From Candidatus Eiseniibacteriota bacterium (GTDB lineage Bacteria > Eisenbacteria > RBG-16-71-46): 64,000 bases of DNA. A program made the position numbers and the translations under genes. This document shows, piece by piece, positions 1 through 11,155 of the stretch. The notes under the pieces were generated by a model. That model was not told the origin of the DNA. It ran no database searches and worked only from the letters and a program-made list of their open reading frames with translations. Location: NCBI GenBank assembly GCA_963725865.1, contig CAVSAC010000012.1, positions 128,001 through 192,000 on the forward strand. The letters are read 5' to 3'. Position 1 is the first letter of the stretch. Every line of letters begins with the position of its first letter.

Positions 1-1
1 C

Positions 2-400
2 GGCTCGTACGGCGTGGCCAAGGACTGCGCGGTCGGCATCGAGGCCGGAGTCTGGACCTTCAAGGGCGATACCAACGACAACCTGACGGCGACCATGATC
101 CCGGTCACCGCGTTCGCCACCTACACGGTGCCGCTCTCGGACCCCAAGATGCGCCCGTACGCGAAGGTCGACGCGGGCATGTACAACGTCAAGGTCAAGC
201 TCGACGTGCCGGCTCCGAACGGATTCGAGCAGACCGACTCCAAGTTCGGCTTCAAGGTGGGCGGCGGCTTCGACTACGAGGTCAGCCCGAGCTACACGCT
301 CGGTGTGACGGCGGCGTTCGAGTCGATCCAGACCGACAACGATCCGTTCAACTTCATCTCGGTCGGCCTGAAGCTGGGCTTCGGGATGCCGAAGAAGTAG
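2..400 (+). CDS. Outer-membrane beta-barrel protein (OmpA/OmpW-like), 5'-truncated by the window edge
   Basis: Alternating amphipathic strands (RPYAKVDAGMY, FGFKVGGGFDY, FISVGLKLGF). The frame is open to the window start. Confidence 0.75.
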   Translation, partial: GSYGVAKDCAVGIEAGVWTFKGDTNDNLTATMIPVTAFATYTVPLSDPKMRPYAKVDAGMYNVKVKLDVPAPNGFEQTDSKFGFKVGGGFDYEVSPSYTLGVTAAFESIQTDNDPFNFISVGLKLGFGMPKK

Positions 401-425
401 CTCGCGACCGCTGCCGAGACACCAT

Positions 426-460
426 GAACGGCCGGGGCCATCGCCCCGGCCGTTCGCGTT
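426..460 (+). terminator. Intrinsic terminator-like hairpin between convergent genes
   Basis: Perfect 13-bp stem GAACGGCCGGGGC/GCCCCGGCCGTTC with loop CATC, running into TTCGCGTT. Confidence 0.75.
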
Positions 461-478
461 CGTGCGCCCGCGGGCGCT

Positions 479-961
479 TCAGCGCTGCGCGCGGATGAAG
501 GCGCCGGCGACCAGCGAGGTGACGAGCCCCGTCACCACGGTGCCGATCCCGCCCGCCAGCGCGTTGCCCAGCGGCGTCTGGTGGCGCGCCTGGTGCGCGA
601 GCGCGGCCGCGATCTCGCTCTCGCCGAGTCCCTGGTCGCGCATCATGCCCACGTGGACCGCGCGCAGCTCCTCCAGGTAGTGCGGGAACGCCACGGTCGT
701 GAACAGCAGCGAACCGCCGACGATGAGAACCGCGGCCAGCGCCGAGGCGAGCGTGCCCGCGAACACCTGGCCGCCGTAGCCGCGACCCTGGGCGGCGGTC
801 CGCGAGAGCATGCCGACCAGCAACGCGATCTGCAGCGGGATCACCAGGAAGAACAGCCGCAGCAGGACCGGGTGGCGGAACCAGCCCGTGACGCCCATCA
901 CGAATGTCCACGCCACCACCGCGAACCCCAGGATCGCGGCGTACGACACGATGGTCTTCAT
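479..961 (-). CDS. DUF4199-like membrane protein
   Basis: Three N-terminal TM helices, then TTVAFPHY, a helical loop and a final TM helix, which is the typical layout. Confidence 0.65.
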   Translation of the reverse strand: MKTIVSYAAILGFAVVAWTFVMGVTGWFRHPVLLRLFFLVIPLQIALLVGMLSRTAAQGRGYGGQVFAGTLASALAAVLIVGGSLLFTTVAFPHYLEELRAVHVGMMRDQGLGESEIAAALAHQARHQTPLGNALAGGIGTVVTGLVTSLVAGAFIRAQR

Positions 962-1005
962 CTCGAGGCCTCCGGAGGGAGCAGGGAGCGCGCTCGCGCT
1001 CGTCC

Positions 1006-1827
1006 TCAGACGTTCAGCGCGCTCGCGAATCCCCGGTGGTGGCGTTCGCAGGCCGGATGACGGATGCCGAGCAGCCGATACACCGCGCGACCCGCCTCGC
1101 GCGCGATCGTACCCGCGCCGTCCCTCTGGGCGCGCATCGCCTCGACCAGCGCGCCGAGCGCGCCGTCCCAGTCGCCGGCGCGCAGGTCGCGCGCCGCCGC
1201 GAGGGCGTGGACCTTGGCCGCCCCGGCCGGCAGCGCCTCGGGAGTGTCCGCCAGCTGGGCGAGAGCGGCGAGCGTGCGCAGCGCGGCGGCGCGTTCGTGG
1301 TGCTCGGAGTCGGCGCCGATCGGCGACACCACCTCGTCGACCCGCGCCGGATCGAGTCGCAGCAGGACCTGTCCCAGCAGCACCCGCGCCTCGTCGTGGC
1401 GCGGCTCACGCTCGAGCACCGCCCGCAGCGCCAGCGCGGCCTCGTAGAAGCGCCCCTGCGCCAGCATCGCCGCGGCCTCGTCGACGGCGGCGTTGGCCGG
1501 CGAGGGGATGGCCCCGGCGAGCCAGCGCCGCACCGCCTCGGCGGGCAGCGCGCCGGTGAATTCGTCGGCGACCTCGCCGTCGATGAACAGCTTGCAGTTC
1601 GGGATGCCCTGGATGCCGTAGCGCTCCGCCAGCTCGGGGTGGGCCTCGGTGTCGACCTTCGCGAGCACCCAGCGACCGTCGGCCTCGCGGGCGAGCTGCT
1701 CGAGCGTCGGCCCGAGCATGCGGCAGGGACCGCACCAGGCGGCCCAGAAGTCGACCAGCACCGGGACCGCGCGGCTGCGCTCGATCACGTCGGTCTGGAA
1801 GTCGCTGATCTCGTACGTCACGGTCAC
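1006..1827 (-). CDS. cnoX: Thioredoxin-TPR protein (CnoX/YbbN-like chaperedoxin)
   Basis: VLVDFWAAWCGPC active site and IQGIP motif, followed by a TPR-like helical C-terminus. Confidence 0.8.
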   Translation of the reverse strand: MTVTYEISDFQTDVIERSRAVPVLVDFWAAWCGPCRMLGPTLEQLAREADGRWVLAKVDTEAHPELAERYGIQGIPNCKLFIDGEVADEFTGALPAEAVRRWLAGAIPSPANAAVDEAAAMLAQGRFYEAALALRAVLEREPRHDEARVLLGQVLLRLDPARVDEVVSPIGADSEHHERAAALRTLAALAQLADTPEALPAGAAKVHALAAARDLRAGDWDGALGALVEAMRAQRDGAGTIAREAGRAVYRLLGIRHPACERHHRGFASALNV

Positions 1828-1991
1828 GAATCGTCCCTCCGGGAAGTCGTCCGACGTTTGGAGTCGCGACGGGCCCGGGAGGATTCGGGCGCGGTGGGCC
1901 GGCGGGGCGCACGCGAAGTTGGTCGCGGGCCCGGCGCGAGGTTACATTCCCCGGTCCCAGCCGCCTGCGGAACCCCACCCGAGAGACCTCC

Positions 1992-4268
1992 ATGATCGGC
2001 GACACGCTCGGTCGCTACCGGATCCTCGAACGCCTTGGCGAAGGCGGGATGGGAATCGTGTACCGCGCGGAGGACCCGCGGCTGGGGCGCGAGGTGGCGC
2101 TCAAGGTCCTGCGCGAGGACGCGCTGCGCGACGCGGCCGCCCGCGAGCGCTTCCGGCTCGAAGCCCGCGCGCTGTCGCGCCTGCTGCATCCGAACATCGC
2201 GACGCTGTTCGATTTCGATGCCGACGGCGGCACCGACTATCTGGTGCTCGAGTACGTGGCGGGGCAGACGCTGGCGGAGCTGCTGGACTCCGGATCGCTG
2301 CCCGAGGCGCGCGCGCGCGCACTCGCGCTGGAGATCGCGGAGGCGCTGCAGGCGGCGCACGAGCAGGGCGTCGTGCATCGCGATCTCAAGCCCAGCAACG
2401 TCGCGCTGACGCCCCGCGGTCACGCCAAGGTGCTCGATTTCGGGCTCGCCCACTGCGTCCCTGACCGGGACGACCTGACCCGCGCGAGCACCCGGGATTT
2501 CGCTCCGGAGCTCTCCGGGACGCTGGCCTACATGGCGCCGGAGCAGATCGAGCACGGACGCTGCGATGCGCGCTCCGACTTGTGGGCGCTCGGGGTGCTG
2601 CTGTTCGAGGCGACCACCGGCAGGCAGCCGTTCCACGCGGACTCGGCGGTCACGCTGCTCTACCGCATCGTCCACGAGGACGCGCCCGCGCTCGCGGATG
2701 TCCGTCCCGGCCTGTCGGCCGAGCTGAGCGCGATCGTGGCGCGCTGCCTGCAGAAGGATCCCGCCCATCGCTTCGCGGACGCCGGCGCACTGATCCGCGC
2801 GCTGCGCGGCGAATCCACGGGCCCGAGCATGCCCTCGTCGCCGGCGCCCGCGCGCGAAGGCCGCGACGCTCCGCTGCCGCCCGCGACCGTGCGCTCGCTG
2901 GCGGTGCTGCCGTTCCAGAACCGCTCGGGCGATCCGGCGCAGGAGTTCTTCGCGGACGGGATGACCGACGCGCTGATCGCCGACCTCGCGCAGATCGGCG
3001 CGCTGCGCGTGATCTCGCGGACCTCCGCGATGCGCTTCAAGGGCTCGGACCGGCCGCTGCCCGAGATCGCGCGCGAGCTGAAGGTCGACGCGATCGTGGA
3101 GGGCTCCGCCCTCCGCGCGGGCGACCGGGTGCGCATCACGGTCCAGTTGATCGAGGCGGCCACCGACCGGAGCCTGTGGGCGCGGAGCTTCGAGCGCGAC
3201 CTCACCGACATCCTCGCGCTCCAGAGCGAGGTGACCCACGCGATCGCCGACGGCATCCGCGTGCAGCTCACGCCCGACGAGCAGGCGCGCAGCGCCCCCA
3301 AGGGCGCGGTGGATCCGGCCGCGCACCTGGCCTACCTGCAGGGACGCTTCCTCTGGAACCGCATGTCCCCGGAGGCGCTCCGCCAGAGCATCGCGCTGTA
3401 CGAGCAGGCGCTGGCGATCGATCCCCGGTACAGCCTCGCGTACGCCGGGCTCGCGGACGCCTACAGCGTCCTCGGCAACACCAACGTGCTCCCGCCGCAC
3501 GAGAGCTACGCGCGCGCGAAGGAGGCCGCCGAGCGCGGACTGGCGCTCGACCCCACGCTCGCCGACCTGCACGCGTCGCTGGGGTTCGTGCTGCGCTTCC
3601 ACGACTGGGACTGGCCGCTGGCGGAGCGTGCCTTCCTGCGCGCGATCGAGCTGAATCCGGGTTACGCCAGCGGGCGGCGCTGGTACGCGCAGTTCCTGTC
3701 CGGGATGGCCCGTCACGAGGAGGCCATCGCGGAGGCCGAGCGCGCGCTGGAGCTGGATCCGCTCTCGCTCGTCATCCACACCGCGGTCGGGGACGTGCTG
3801 TTCTACGCGCGCCGCTTCGAGCGGGCCATCGACTACTACCGCCGCTGCCTCGAGATGGATCCCTCGTTCGGCCCCGGGCACACCGACCTCGCGCGTGCCC
3901 TCGAGCACGTCGGTCGGCTGGACGAGGCGCTCGAGCACATGCGGCTCGGTACCTCGTCGCCGGACTCCGCGGCCTCGGCGTCCGCGGGACTGGCGATCCT
4001 GCTCGCGCGCGCCGGGCGCCGGGACGAGGCGACGGCGGCGATCGAGCGGGTGATGGAGCGGGCGCGCGACCGATTCGTCTCGCCGTTCGGGATCGCCTCG
4101 TACCACGCGATCGTCGGGCAGAACGCGGAGGCGCTCGACTGGCTCGAGCGCGCCCACGAGGCGCGCGACGGGGCGCTGGTGTGGATCAAGGTGCACCCGC
4201 GGCTCGACGGCCTGCGGGGCGAGCCGCGCTTCCGCGACCTGCTGGCGCGGATGCGACTGGAGGCGTGA
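1992..4268 (+). CDS. Ser/Thr protein kinase with TolB-N-like and TPR domains
   Basis: GEGGMG, VALK, HRDLKPSN, DFG and APE motifs, then SLAVLPF..FADGMTDALI, TPRs and C-terminal HPRLDGLRGEPRF. Confidence 0.92.
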   Translation: MIGDTLGRYRILERLGEGGMGIVYRAEDPRLGREVALKVLREDALRDAAARERFRLEARALSRLLHPNIATLFDFDADGGTDYLVLEYVAGQTLAELLDSGSLPEARARALALEIAEALQAAHEQGVVHRDLKPSNVALTPRGHAKVLDFGLAHCVPDRDDLTRASTRDFAPELSGTLAYMAPEQIEHGRCDARSDLWALGVLLFEATTGRQPFHADSAVTLLYRIVHEDAPALADVRPGLSAELSAIVARCLQKDPAHRFADAGALIRALRGESTGPSMPSSPAPAREGRDAPLPPATVRSLAVLPFQNRSGDPAQEFFADGMTDALIADLAQIGALRVISRTSAMRFKGSDRPLPEIARELKVDAIVEGSALRAGDRVRITVQLIEAATDRSLWARSFERDLTDILALQSEVTHAIADGIRVQLTPDEQARSAPKGAVDPAAHLAYLQGRFLWNRMSPEALRQSIALYEQALAIDPRYSLAYAGLADAYSVLGNTNVLPPHESYARAKEAAERGLALDPTLADLHASLGFVLRFHDWDWPLAERAFLRAIELNPGYASGRRWYAQFLSGMARHEEAIAEAERALELDPLSLVIHTAVGDVLFYARRFERAIDYYRRCLEMDPSFGPGHTDLARALEHVGRLDEALEHMRLGTSSPDSAASASAGLAILLARAGRRDEATAAIERVMERARDRFVSPFGIASYHAIVGQNAEALDWLERAHEARDGALVWIKVHPRLDGLRGEPRFRDLLARMRLEA

Positions 4269-4300
4269 GCCGCGCGTCGACGACCGGGATGCGGCGCGCG

Positions 4301-5065
4301 CTACGAGGAGCGACCGGGCGCGGGCCCCTTCGCGCGCGGCGGGCTGAACGCGTCCCGGGTCAGCGGCGGATTCACGATCACCGTGCGGATGGTGGTCGCG
4401 CCCGTGTGGGCGCCCGAGGCCCAGTTCTGTTCGCGGAACGCGAACCACACCCCGTCGACGGAGCGCCAGTCCTCGTAGTAGGTCTCGAAGTGCGTCTCCA
4501 TGCCGCCGTGCGTGAGCAGCCCCTGGCTCATGCGCACGCGCCAGGTCTCCGGGTCGGCGTACACGCGCAGCCGCAGCGAGCCCTCGAGCGGGATCTCGAC
4601 GCCGGGCCAGCGCAGGCTGTCGCGCTCGAACGGCTCGATCAGCCGCGCGTCCGCCTGGCGGTCGTGCAGGATCCATGGCACCGCCGCGCGCGCGGCCTGC
4701 AGCACGATCGCATCCCGCATCGGTCCGGAGGACGCCTCGAACGCCCCGCCGCCGACCGCGCGCCAGCCCTGACGGCCGTCGAGCAGCCGCGCCTCGTGCC
4801 CGTCGGCGTAGTCGATGAGCACCTTGAGGCGCGCGGGGCCCGCCGACACGCGCACGGTCGGGGACTCGTCGTGACGCCGGATCGAGAACAGCGTGCCCTC
4901 GATCCGGTAGGTCTTCACCCGCTGGAGCCGGTTCCAGCCGCCGTGCGCCGCGAGCACGCGCGCGATGAACGCCGGCGCGTCGGCCGGCTCGGCGGCGCGC
5001 GCCGGAGCCGCGCCCGCGCACGCGAGCAGCGCCACCACCACCCAGGTCCCGGCTCGCGAGTTCAT
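4301..5065 (-). CDS. Secreted hypothetical protein (LolA-like fold possible)
   Basis: Signal peptide ending ARA, LAAHGG motif, YEDWRSVDGVWFAF and VNPPL..F C-terminus. Confidence 0.6.
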   Translation of the reverse strand: MNSRAGTWVVVALLACAGAAPARAAEPADAPAFIARVLAAHGGWNRLQRVKTYRIEGTLFSIRRHDESPTVRVSAGPARLKVLIDYADGHEARLLDGRQGWRAVGGGAFEASSGPMRDAIVLQAARAAVPWILHDRQADARLIEPFERDSLRWPGVEIPLEGSLRLRVYADPETWRVRMSQGLLTHGGMETHFETYYEDWRSVDGVWFAFREQNWASGAHTGATTIRTVIVNPPLTRDAFSPPRAKGPAPGRSS

Positions 5066-5089
5066 GGGTCGCAGGCTACCACGGCGCAC

Positions 5090-7261
5090 TCAGTGCGCAC
5101 CCAGCGCCCGGTCGATCGCGTGAATCCGAGTGCGCGCGTGGTCGAGCAGCGGGGCGCTGGCCGGCAGCGCCAGCACGCGTTGGTACTCGCGGCGCGCCTC
5201 GGCGAGTCGCCGGGCCTTCGCCAGGGCGTCGGCCCCCGCGATGATCCTGCGGGCGTCGACGTCGTGGCCGAGCGACTCGACGCTCGCGCGATCCTGCTCG
5301 TCGAGCGGCAGCGCGAGGGTGGCCTCGATCGCCTCCGAGGCGGCGGCGTACCGTGCCGCCTTCAGGGCCGCCGTCGCATCGCGCATCCCCATCCGGCAGC
5401 GCACCTTCACGATCGTACGCCCCACCTGCAGTCGCGCGTCGCCATCCGGCGCCAGCGGGCGGGCCTGTTCCAGCGTCCCGATCGCTCCATCGAAGTCGCC
5501 GGCGTTGGACCGCGATACACCTTCGTCGAGCAGCCGGTTGAAGTCGCGGATCGCGAGGTTGCGGCGGGCCTGCGAGCGGATCGCGAGCGCACGCGAGCGC
5601 ACGTCGGGCTCCGACGCCTGTTCGGCGAGCGCCCCCGCGAGCGAATCCGCCAGCGCCCAGCGTCCGCCGCTCGCGGCGTCCTGAACGTTCCGCAGCTGCG
5701 CTTCCGCCAGCGCCGCCGTCACTCCGACCGCCGCTCCGCGCGAACCGGTCGTCAGCACGCGGTCGCGCAGCACCGCCTCGGCGGTCGCACGGTCCCCGCT
5801 GCGGGCCGCCAGCGTCGCGAGGTCGGCGGCCACGTCGATCCGGCCGGGGGCCAGCTCGAGCGCGCGCGCGAGCGCGCGGATCGCCGAGGTGTCGACCGGT
5901 CCGTCTTCGATCAGGAAGGTGCGGCCGAAGCCGGCCAGCGCCTCGGGATCGTCGCCCTGCAGGGCGAGCGCGCGCCGGAACTGCTCGCGGGCGCGGCGCG
6001 CCCAGCCGGCCGCGCGCTCGTGCTGGGCCGGGCCCTGCGCCTGGTAGATGCGCTGCAGCAGGCCGAGCCCGGCCAGCAGGGGAACCTCGGGCTGCTGGTG
6101 GGCGAGCGCCGCGGCGCGCGCTTCGTGGAGGTCGGCCGCGCTCGTGTCGCCACTCACCTCCAGGCCGTAGCCGAGCCACGCGCGGCCCGCCGCCGAGGTC
6201 GAATCCCAGGTGGCCGCCGTGCGCAGATGATCGAGCGCATCGCCCTGGCGGTCCGGTCCGTACGAGAGCACCAGCGCGCCCAGCGCCTGGAGCGCCTCCC
6301 CGGCCGGCAGCTCGCGCGTTGCGATCGCCACGTTCGCCAATGGCCCGGCGAACTCCACCTTGCGGGTGTTCTCGAACGCGATGCGATCGAAGTACGCCGG
6401 CAGCTCCTGCGTCACCGCGTCCCAGTCGCCCGCCGCGAACGCGGCGTCGAATGCCGCGCGGGGTTTGGCGCCGGTGCGCAGCTGCGCGAGGAACGCCGCG
6501 AAGCGATCCGCGCGACCACCCGCCTTCGACTGCAGGTAGTGCGTCAGCAGCCACGATTCCGCGTAGAATGCGCGCTGGATCGAGTTGTCGCGCAGGTAGG
6601 CGCGGGCGCCCGTCTGCATGCCGGCGAGCGCGTCCAGCGTCATCAAGTCCTGATGCCGCGCCCACTCCAGCTTGTCGCTCTGCACCCGGCCCACCTCGGC
6701 CCACGAATCGGTGATGCGCACGGTCTCGTAGTACTGCGCCAGGCCCTCGTTGAGCCACAGCGGGAGGGTGGCGTAGTTCGCGCGCAGGTACAGATGCGTG
6801 TACTCGTGGTACAGCACCGCGGTGCGCGAATCGGGCACCGAGAGCGCGATCACGATGTGGCCGCCGAGGACTCCGGATCCCGAGAACCCCGCGAAGCTCT
6901 CCATCAGTGGGCTGAACGCGTAGGCGTGCAGCTCGGCGGTGTCGCGCAGCGCGATCACGTGGACGTGCGCGGGTGTGACGGCGCGCAGGTCGGGATTCAC
7001 GCGCGCCAGCACCTGGGTCAGTCGCTCGAGGCGGCGCGCCAGGTCGGTGGCCACCCCCGCGTCGGCATCGGTGAGCACGGTGAAGTGCGGCGTGCGGGCC
7101 GCGGCCCAGCTCGACTGCGTCACGAAGCCAGGAATCGCCGCGGCCCCGCTCGAGGCGCTCGCGGCGAGCAGCAGGACGGGCAGCATGAGCCGGACGAGGA
7201 TCGCCTGCGGCGCTCGCGGACGCACGCGATGACGGGCGGGGGAGCAGGGGCGGGTCGGCAC
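5090..7261 (-). CDS. DUF1570-like zinc metallopeptidase domain plus TPR repeats, exported
   Basis: GTG start after AAAGGAG, signal peptide, LYHEYTH..PLWLNEGLAQYY, FYAESWLLTHYL and a TPR C-terminus. Confidence 0.8.
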   Translation of the reverse strand: MPTRPCSPARHRVRPRAPQAILVRLMLPVLLLAASASSGAAAIPGFVTQSSWAAARTPHFTVLTDADAGVATDLARRLERLTQVLARVNPDLRAVTPAHVHVIALRDTAELHAYAFSPLMESFAGFSGSGVLGGHIVIALSVPDSRTAVLYHEYTHLYLRANYATLPLWLNEGLAQYYETVRITDSWAEVGRVQSDKLEWARHQDLMTLDALAGMQTGARAYLRDNSIQRAFYAESWLLTHYLQSKAGGRADRFAAFLAQLRTGAKPRAAFDAAFAAGDWDAVTQELPAYFDRIAFENTRKVEFAGPLANVAIATRELPAGEALQALGALVLSYGPDRQGDALDHLRTAATWDSTSAAGRAWLGYGLEVSGDTSAADLHEARAAALAHQQPEVPLLAGLGLLQRIYQAQGPAQHERAAGWARRAREQFRRALALQGDDPEALAGFGRTFLIEDGPVDTSAIRALARALELAPGRIDVAADLATLAARSGDRATAEAVLRDRVLTTGSRGAAVGVTAALAEAQLRNVQDAASGGRWALADSLAGALAEQASEPDVRSRALAIRSQARRNLAIRDFNRLLDEGVSRSNAGDFDGAIGTLEQARPLAPDGDARLQVGRTIVKVRCRMGMRDATAALKAARYAAASEAIEATLALPLDEQDRASVESLGHDVDARRIIAGADALAKARRLAEARREYQRVLALPASAPLLDHARTRIHAIDRALGAH

Positions 7262-7416
7262 GGCGGCTCCTTTCGGTCCCACGCGCGAGCGGGGCGCGAG
7301 CCGAGAACGGGGGGAACGCCGCGAACCCTGACACAGTCCTCGCGGGCTGGCCACCTCGAAGCCGGCGACGCCGTGGAACTCGCGGCGGGCGCCCGGGGCC
7401 GCCGCGCGCACGCGCC

Positions 7417-9093
<1,677 letters not shown>

Positions 9094-9247
9094 CGCGTTC
9101 CTCACGGTGTTCGGGTGGGCGGGGACGATGACGCGGCGGGAGAAGATGCGCGATGGGCGCGGGTGCGCGCAAGTGGGGGGCTGGCAGCGTCTGGGGCGGC
9201 GGGCCCTGGAGTGGCGGCCGCGACGCGCTCGCGGCCGTGCCGCCACC

Positions 9248-9283
9248 AACGCGAACGGGGTGGCGCACGCCGCGCCACCCCGT
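9248..9283 (-). terminator. Intrinsic terminator-like hairpin
   Basis: 12-bp stem ACGGGGTGGCGC/GCGCCACCCCGT with a 5-nt loop and minus-strand tail TTCGCGTT, just after the 9301 stop. Confidence 0.7.
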
Positions 9284-9300
9284 CACGCGAAGTCGCAGGC

Positions 9301-9609
9301 CTAGCTGGTCGCGCCCGCCGGATGGCGCTTCTTCATCAGCGCCCACACCAGCGCCGCGATCGCGATGAACGGCAGCGCAGGCAGCAGGAACAGGATCAGC
9401 GCCCCGCCGCCGAATACCACCAGGCCGAGCAGCCCGAACACCAGCAGGAACGGCAGCGCCAGCAGCGCCGCGAGCAGCTTGAAGGTCCAGCGCAGCAGCG
9501 TGAACGGGAGCGCGACCACCCACCACAGCAACGATGCCACCGACGCCAGCACTCCCAGGACGATCAGGGCGGTGAAGCCCAGCGCAGCCAGGACCACCAG
9601 CTCGATCAC
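9301..9609 (-). CDS. Small, very hydrophobic membrane protein
   Basis: GTG start after AAAGGAG. 102 aa of almost continuous Leu/Val/Ala/Phe helices with a basic tail. Confidence 0.7.
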   Translation of the reverse strand: MIELVVLAALGFTALIVLGVLASVASLLWWVVALPFTLLRWTFKLLAALLALPFLLVFGLLGLVVFGGGALILFLLPALPFIAIAALVWALMKKRHPAGATS

Positions 9610-9686
9610 GGCACGGCTCCTTTCACTGCATCGATCCGGACGCGGCGTCCGGCGCGGACGCCTCCCGCCCTGCATGTCGTGGGGAT

Positions 9687-9715
9687 GATACGCCCGGGTC
9701 GGCCGGAGGGTTGCA
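9687..9715 (-). promoter_or_regulatory. ECF-sigma-type promoter
   Basis: Minus strand TGCAAC-N17-CGTA matches the general AAC...CGT ECF consensus. Confidence 0.5.
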
Positions 9716-9921
9716 GGCGGCACGCGTGCCGCCGCCCCGCCGGCGCCGCCCGGCGCCGCCGCCACCGCCGGCGCCGGCCGCCGCGCGAGGCACGGCTCGT
9801 TGCGCCGTGCCGCACGGCCCGGCGGCGCCAAGCCAAGCTCATGTCGCCCATCCGGTTCCTGTCGTGGGCCGCGACCTCTGCTAGAGTCGCGCGACCACCG
9901 TCCCGAACCACGGAGAGCGCC

Positions 9922-10161
9922 ATGGCTTCGACCCGGATCACCGTCGTCAACAACGGCTCGCTGCGCATCGAGGGCGACTTCGAGGTCGTCGACCAGGAGG
10001 GCAAGTCGTTCGGGCTCGCCGGCCGCACGCGGGTGTCGCTGTGTCGCTGCGGCATGTCGAGCAACAAGCCGTTCTGCGACAGCTCCCACAAGACCTGCGG
10101 ATTCACCTCGACCCTGGTCGCGTTCGAGCTCGCCCCGCCCGCGCCCAAGCCGGGGGCGTGA
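9922..10161 (+). CDS. CDGSH-type [2Fe-2S] protein
   Basis: LCRCGMSSNKPFCDSSH motif. GGAG RBS and extended -10 TGCTAGAGT at 9879-9887. Confidence 0.9.
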   Translation: MASTRITVVNNGSLRIEGDFEVVDQEGKSFGLAGRTRVSLCRCGMSSNKPFCDSSHKTCGFTSTLVAFELAPPAPKPGA

Positions 10162-10204
10162 CGCGACGCCGACGCGCCCGCGCGAACCGCGGAGCCCGGC
10201 CGCG

Positions 10205-10957
10205 ATGAAGGCGCGCCTCGTGCTCGGCGCGCTGCTCGTGACCGTGGTGGCGGTGGCCTGCGTCTCGCTCGGGCTCTGGCAGCTGCGGCGCCTGGCCGAG
10301 AAGCGCGCGCTCAACGCCGCGCTGCGCGCCGCACTCACCGCGCCTCCGCGCGAGCTGGCCGCGCCGCTGCCGCCGCTCGCGGCGGTGCGCGATCGGCGCG
10401 TGCGGGTGCGCGGGCGCTACGACGAGTCGCGCCAGGTGCTGCTCGGCGGGCACTTTCATGCGGGCGAGGCCGGCGTCGACGTGGTCACGCCGCTGCTGCT
10501 CGGCGACTCCGCGGGCGCGGTGCTCGTGGATCGCGGCTGGCTCGCCGCCGAGGATCCCACCCGCGCGCGGCCACAAGACCATCCCGAGCCCGGCGAGCGC
10601 ACCGTGATCGGGCTCGTGCAGGCGCCCGTGCACGGCCCGCGCGGCGCGGCGCCGGTGGCGTTGGCGACCGATCGCGGGCGGCTCTGGCTCACACTGCACC
10701 TGGATGTCGACTCGCTGGCTGCGCGCTTCCCGTACCCGCTCGCGCCCTACGTCGTGCAGGCGCTGCCCGGGCCCGGCGTGCCGGCGATGCCGGCGAAGGA
10801 GCTCCCGCCGCCGTATCCCGAGGCGCTCCACGTCTCGTACGCGATCCAGTGGTTCGCCTTCGCGGCGCTGGCCCTGATCGCGCCTGTGGTGCTGCTGCGC
10901 CGGCGCCGGGCGGACGGCGCGGCGAGCACGAAGCCGCCCACCGCGCCGCGCGGGTAG
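10205..10957 (+). CDS. SURF1 family protein
   Basis: LGLWQLRR, VVTPL, VLVDRGW and HVSYAIQWF motifs. Confidence 0.9.
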   Translation: MKARLVLGALLVTVVAVACVSLGLWQLRRLAEKRALNAALRAALTAPPRELAAPLPPLAAVRDRRVRVRGRYDESRQVLLGGHFHAGEAGVDVVTPLLLGDSAGAVLVDRGWLAAEDPTRARPQDHPEPGERTVIGLVQAPVHGPRGAAPVALATDRGRLWLTLHLDVDSLAARFPYPLAPYVVQALPGPGVPAMPAKELPPPYPEALHVSYAIQWFAFAALALIAPVVLLRRRRADGAASTKPPTAPRG

Positions 10958-11155
10958 CGTCACGGTCGTCGTCGGCCCGACGAGCGTCCATCGATCGCCG
11001 ACGCTTCCGCGCCCCTCGCCGTCGGGGCCGCTGCGGTGCGCCGTGGGATCCAGCGCGCGATGCGGATGCCCCTCGTGGCACCACCCTTGCGCTCGACCGA
11101 CGCGGGACGGAGGACCGTCCCGGATCCCCGCACGAGTCCCCGATGGAGGTGGGAC

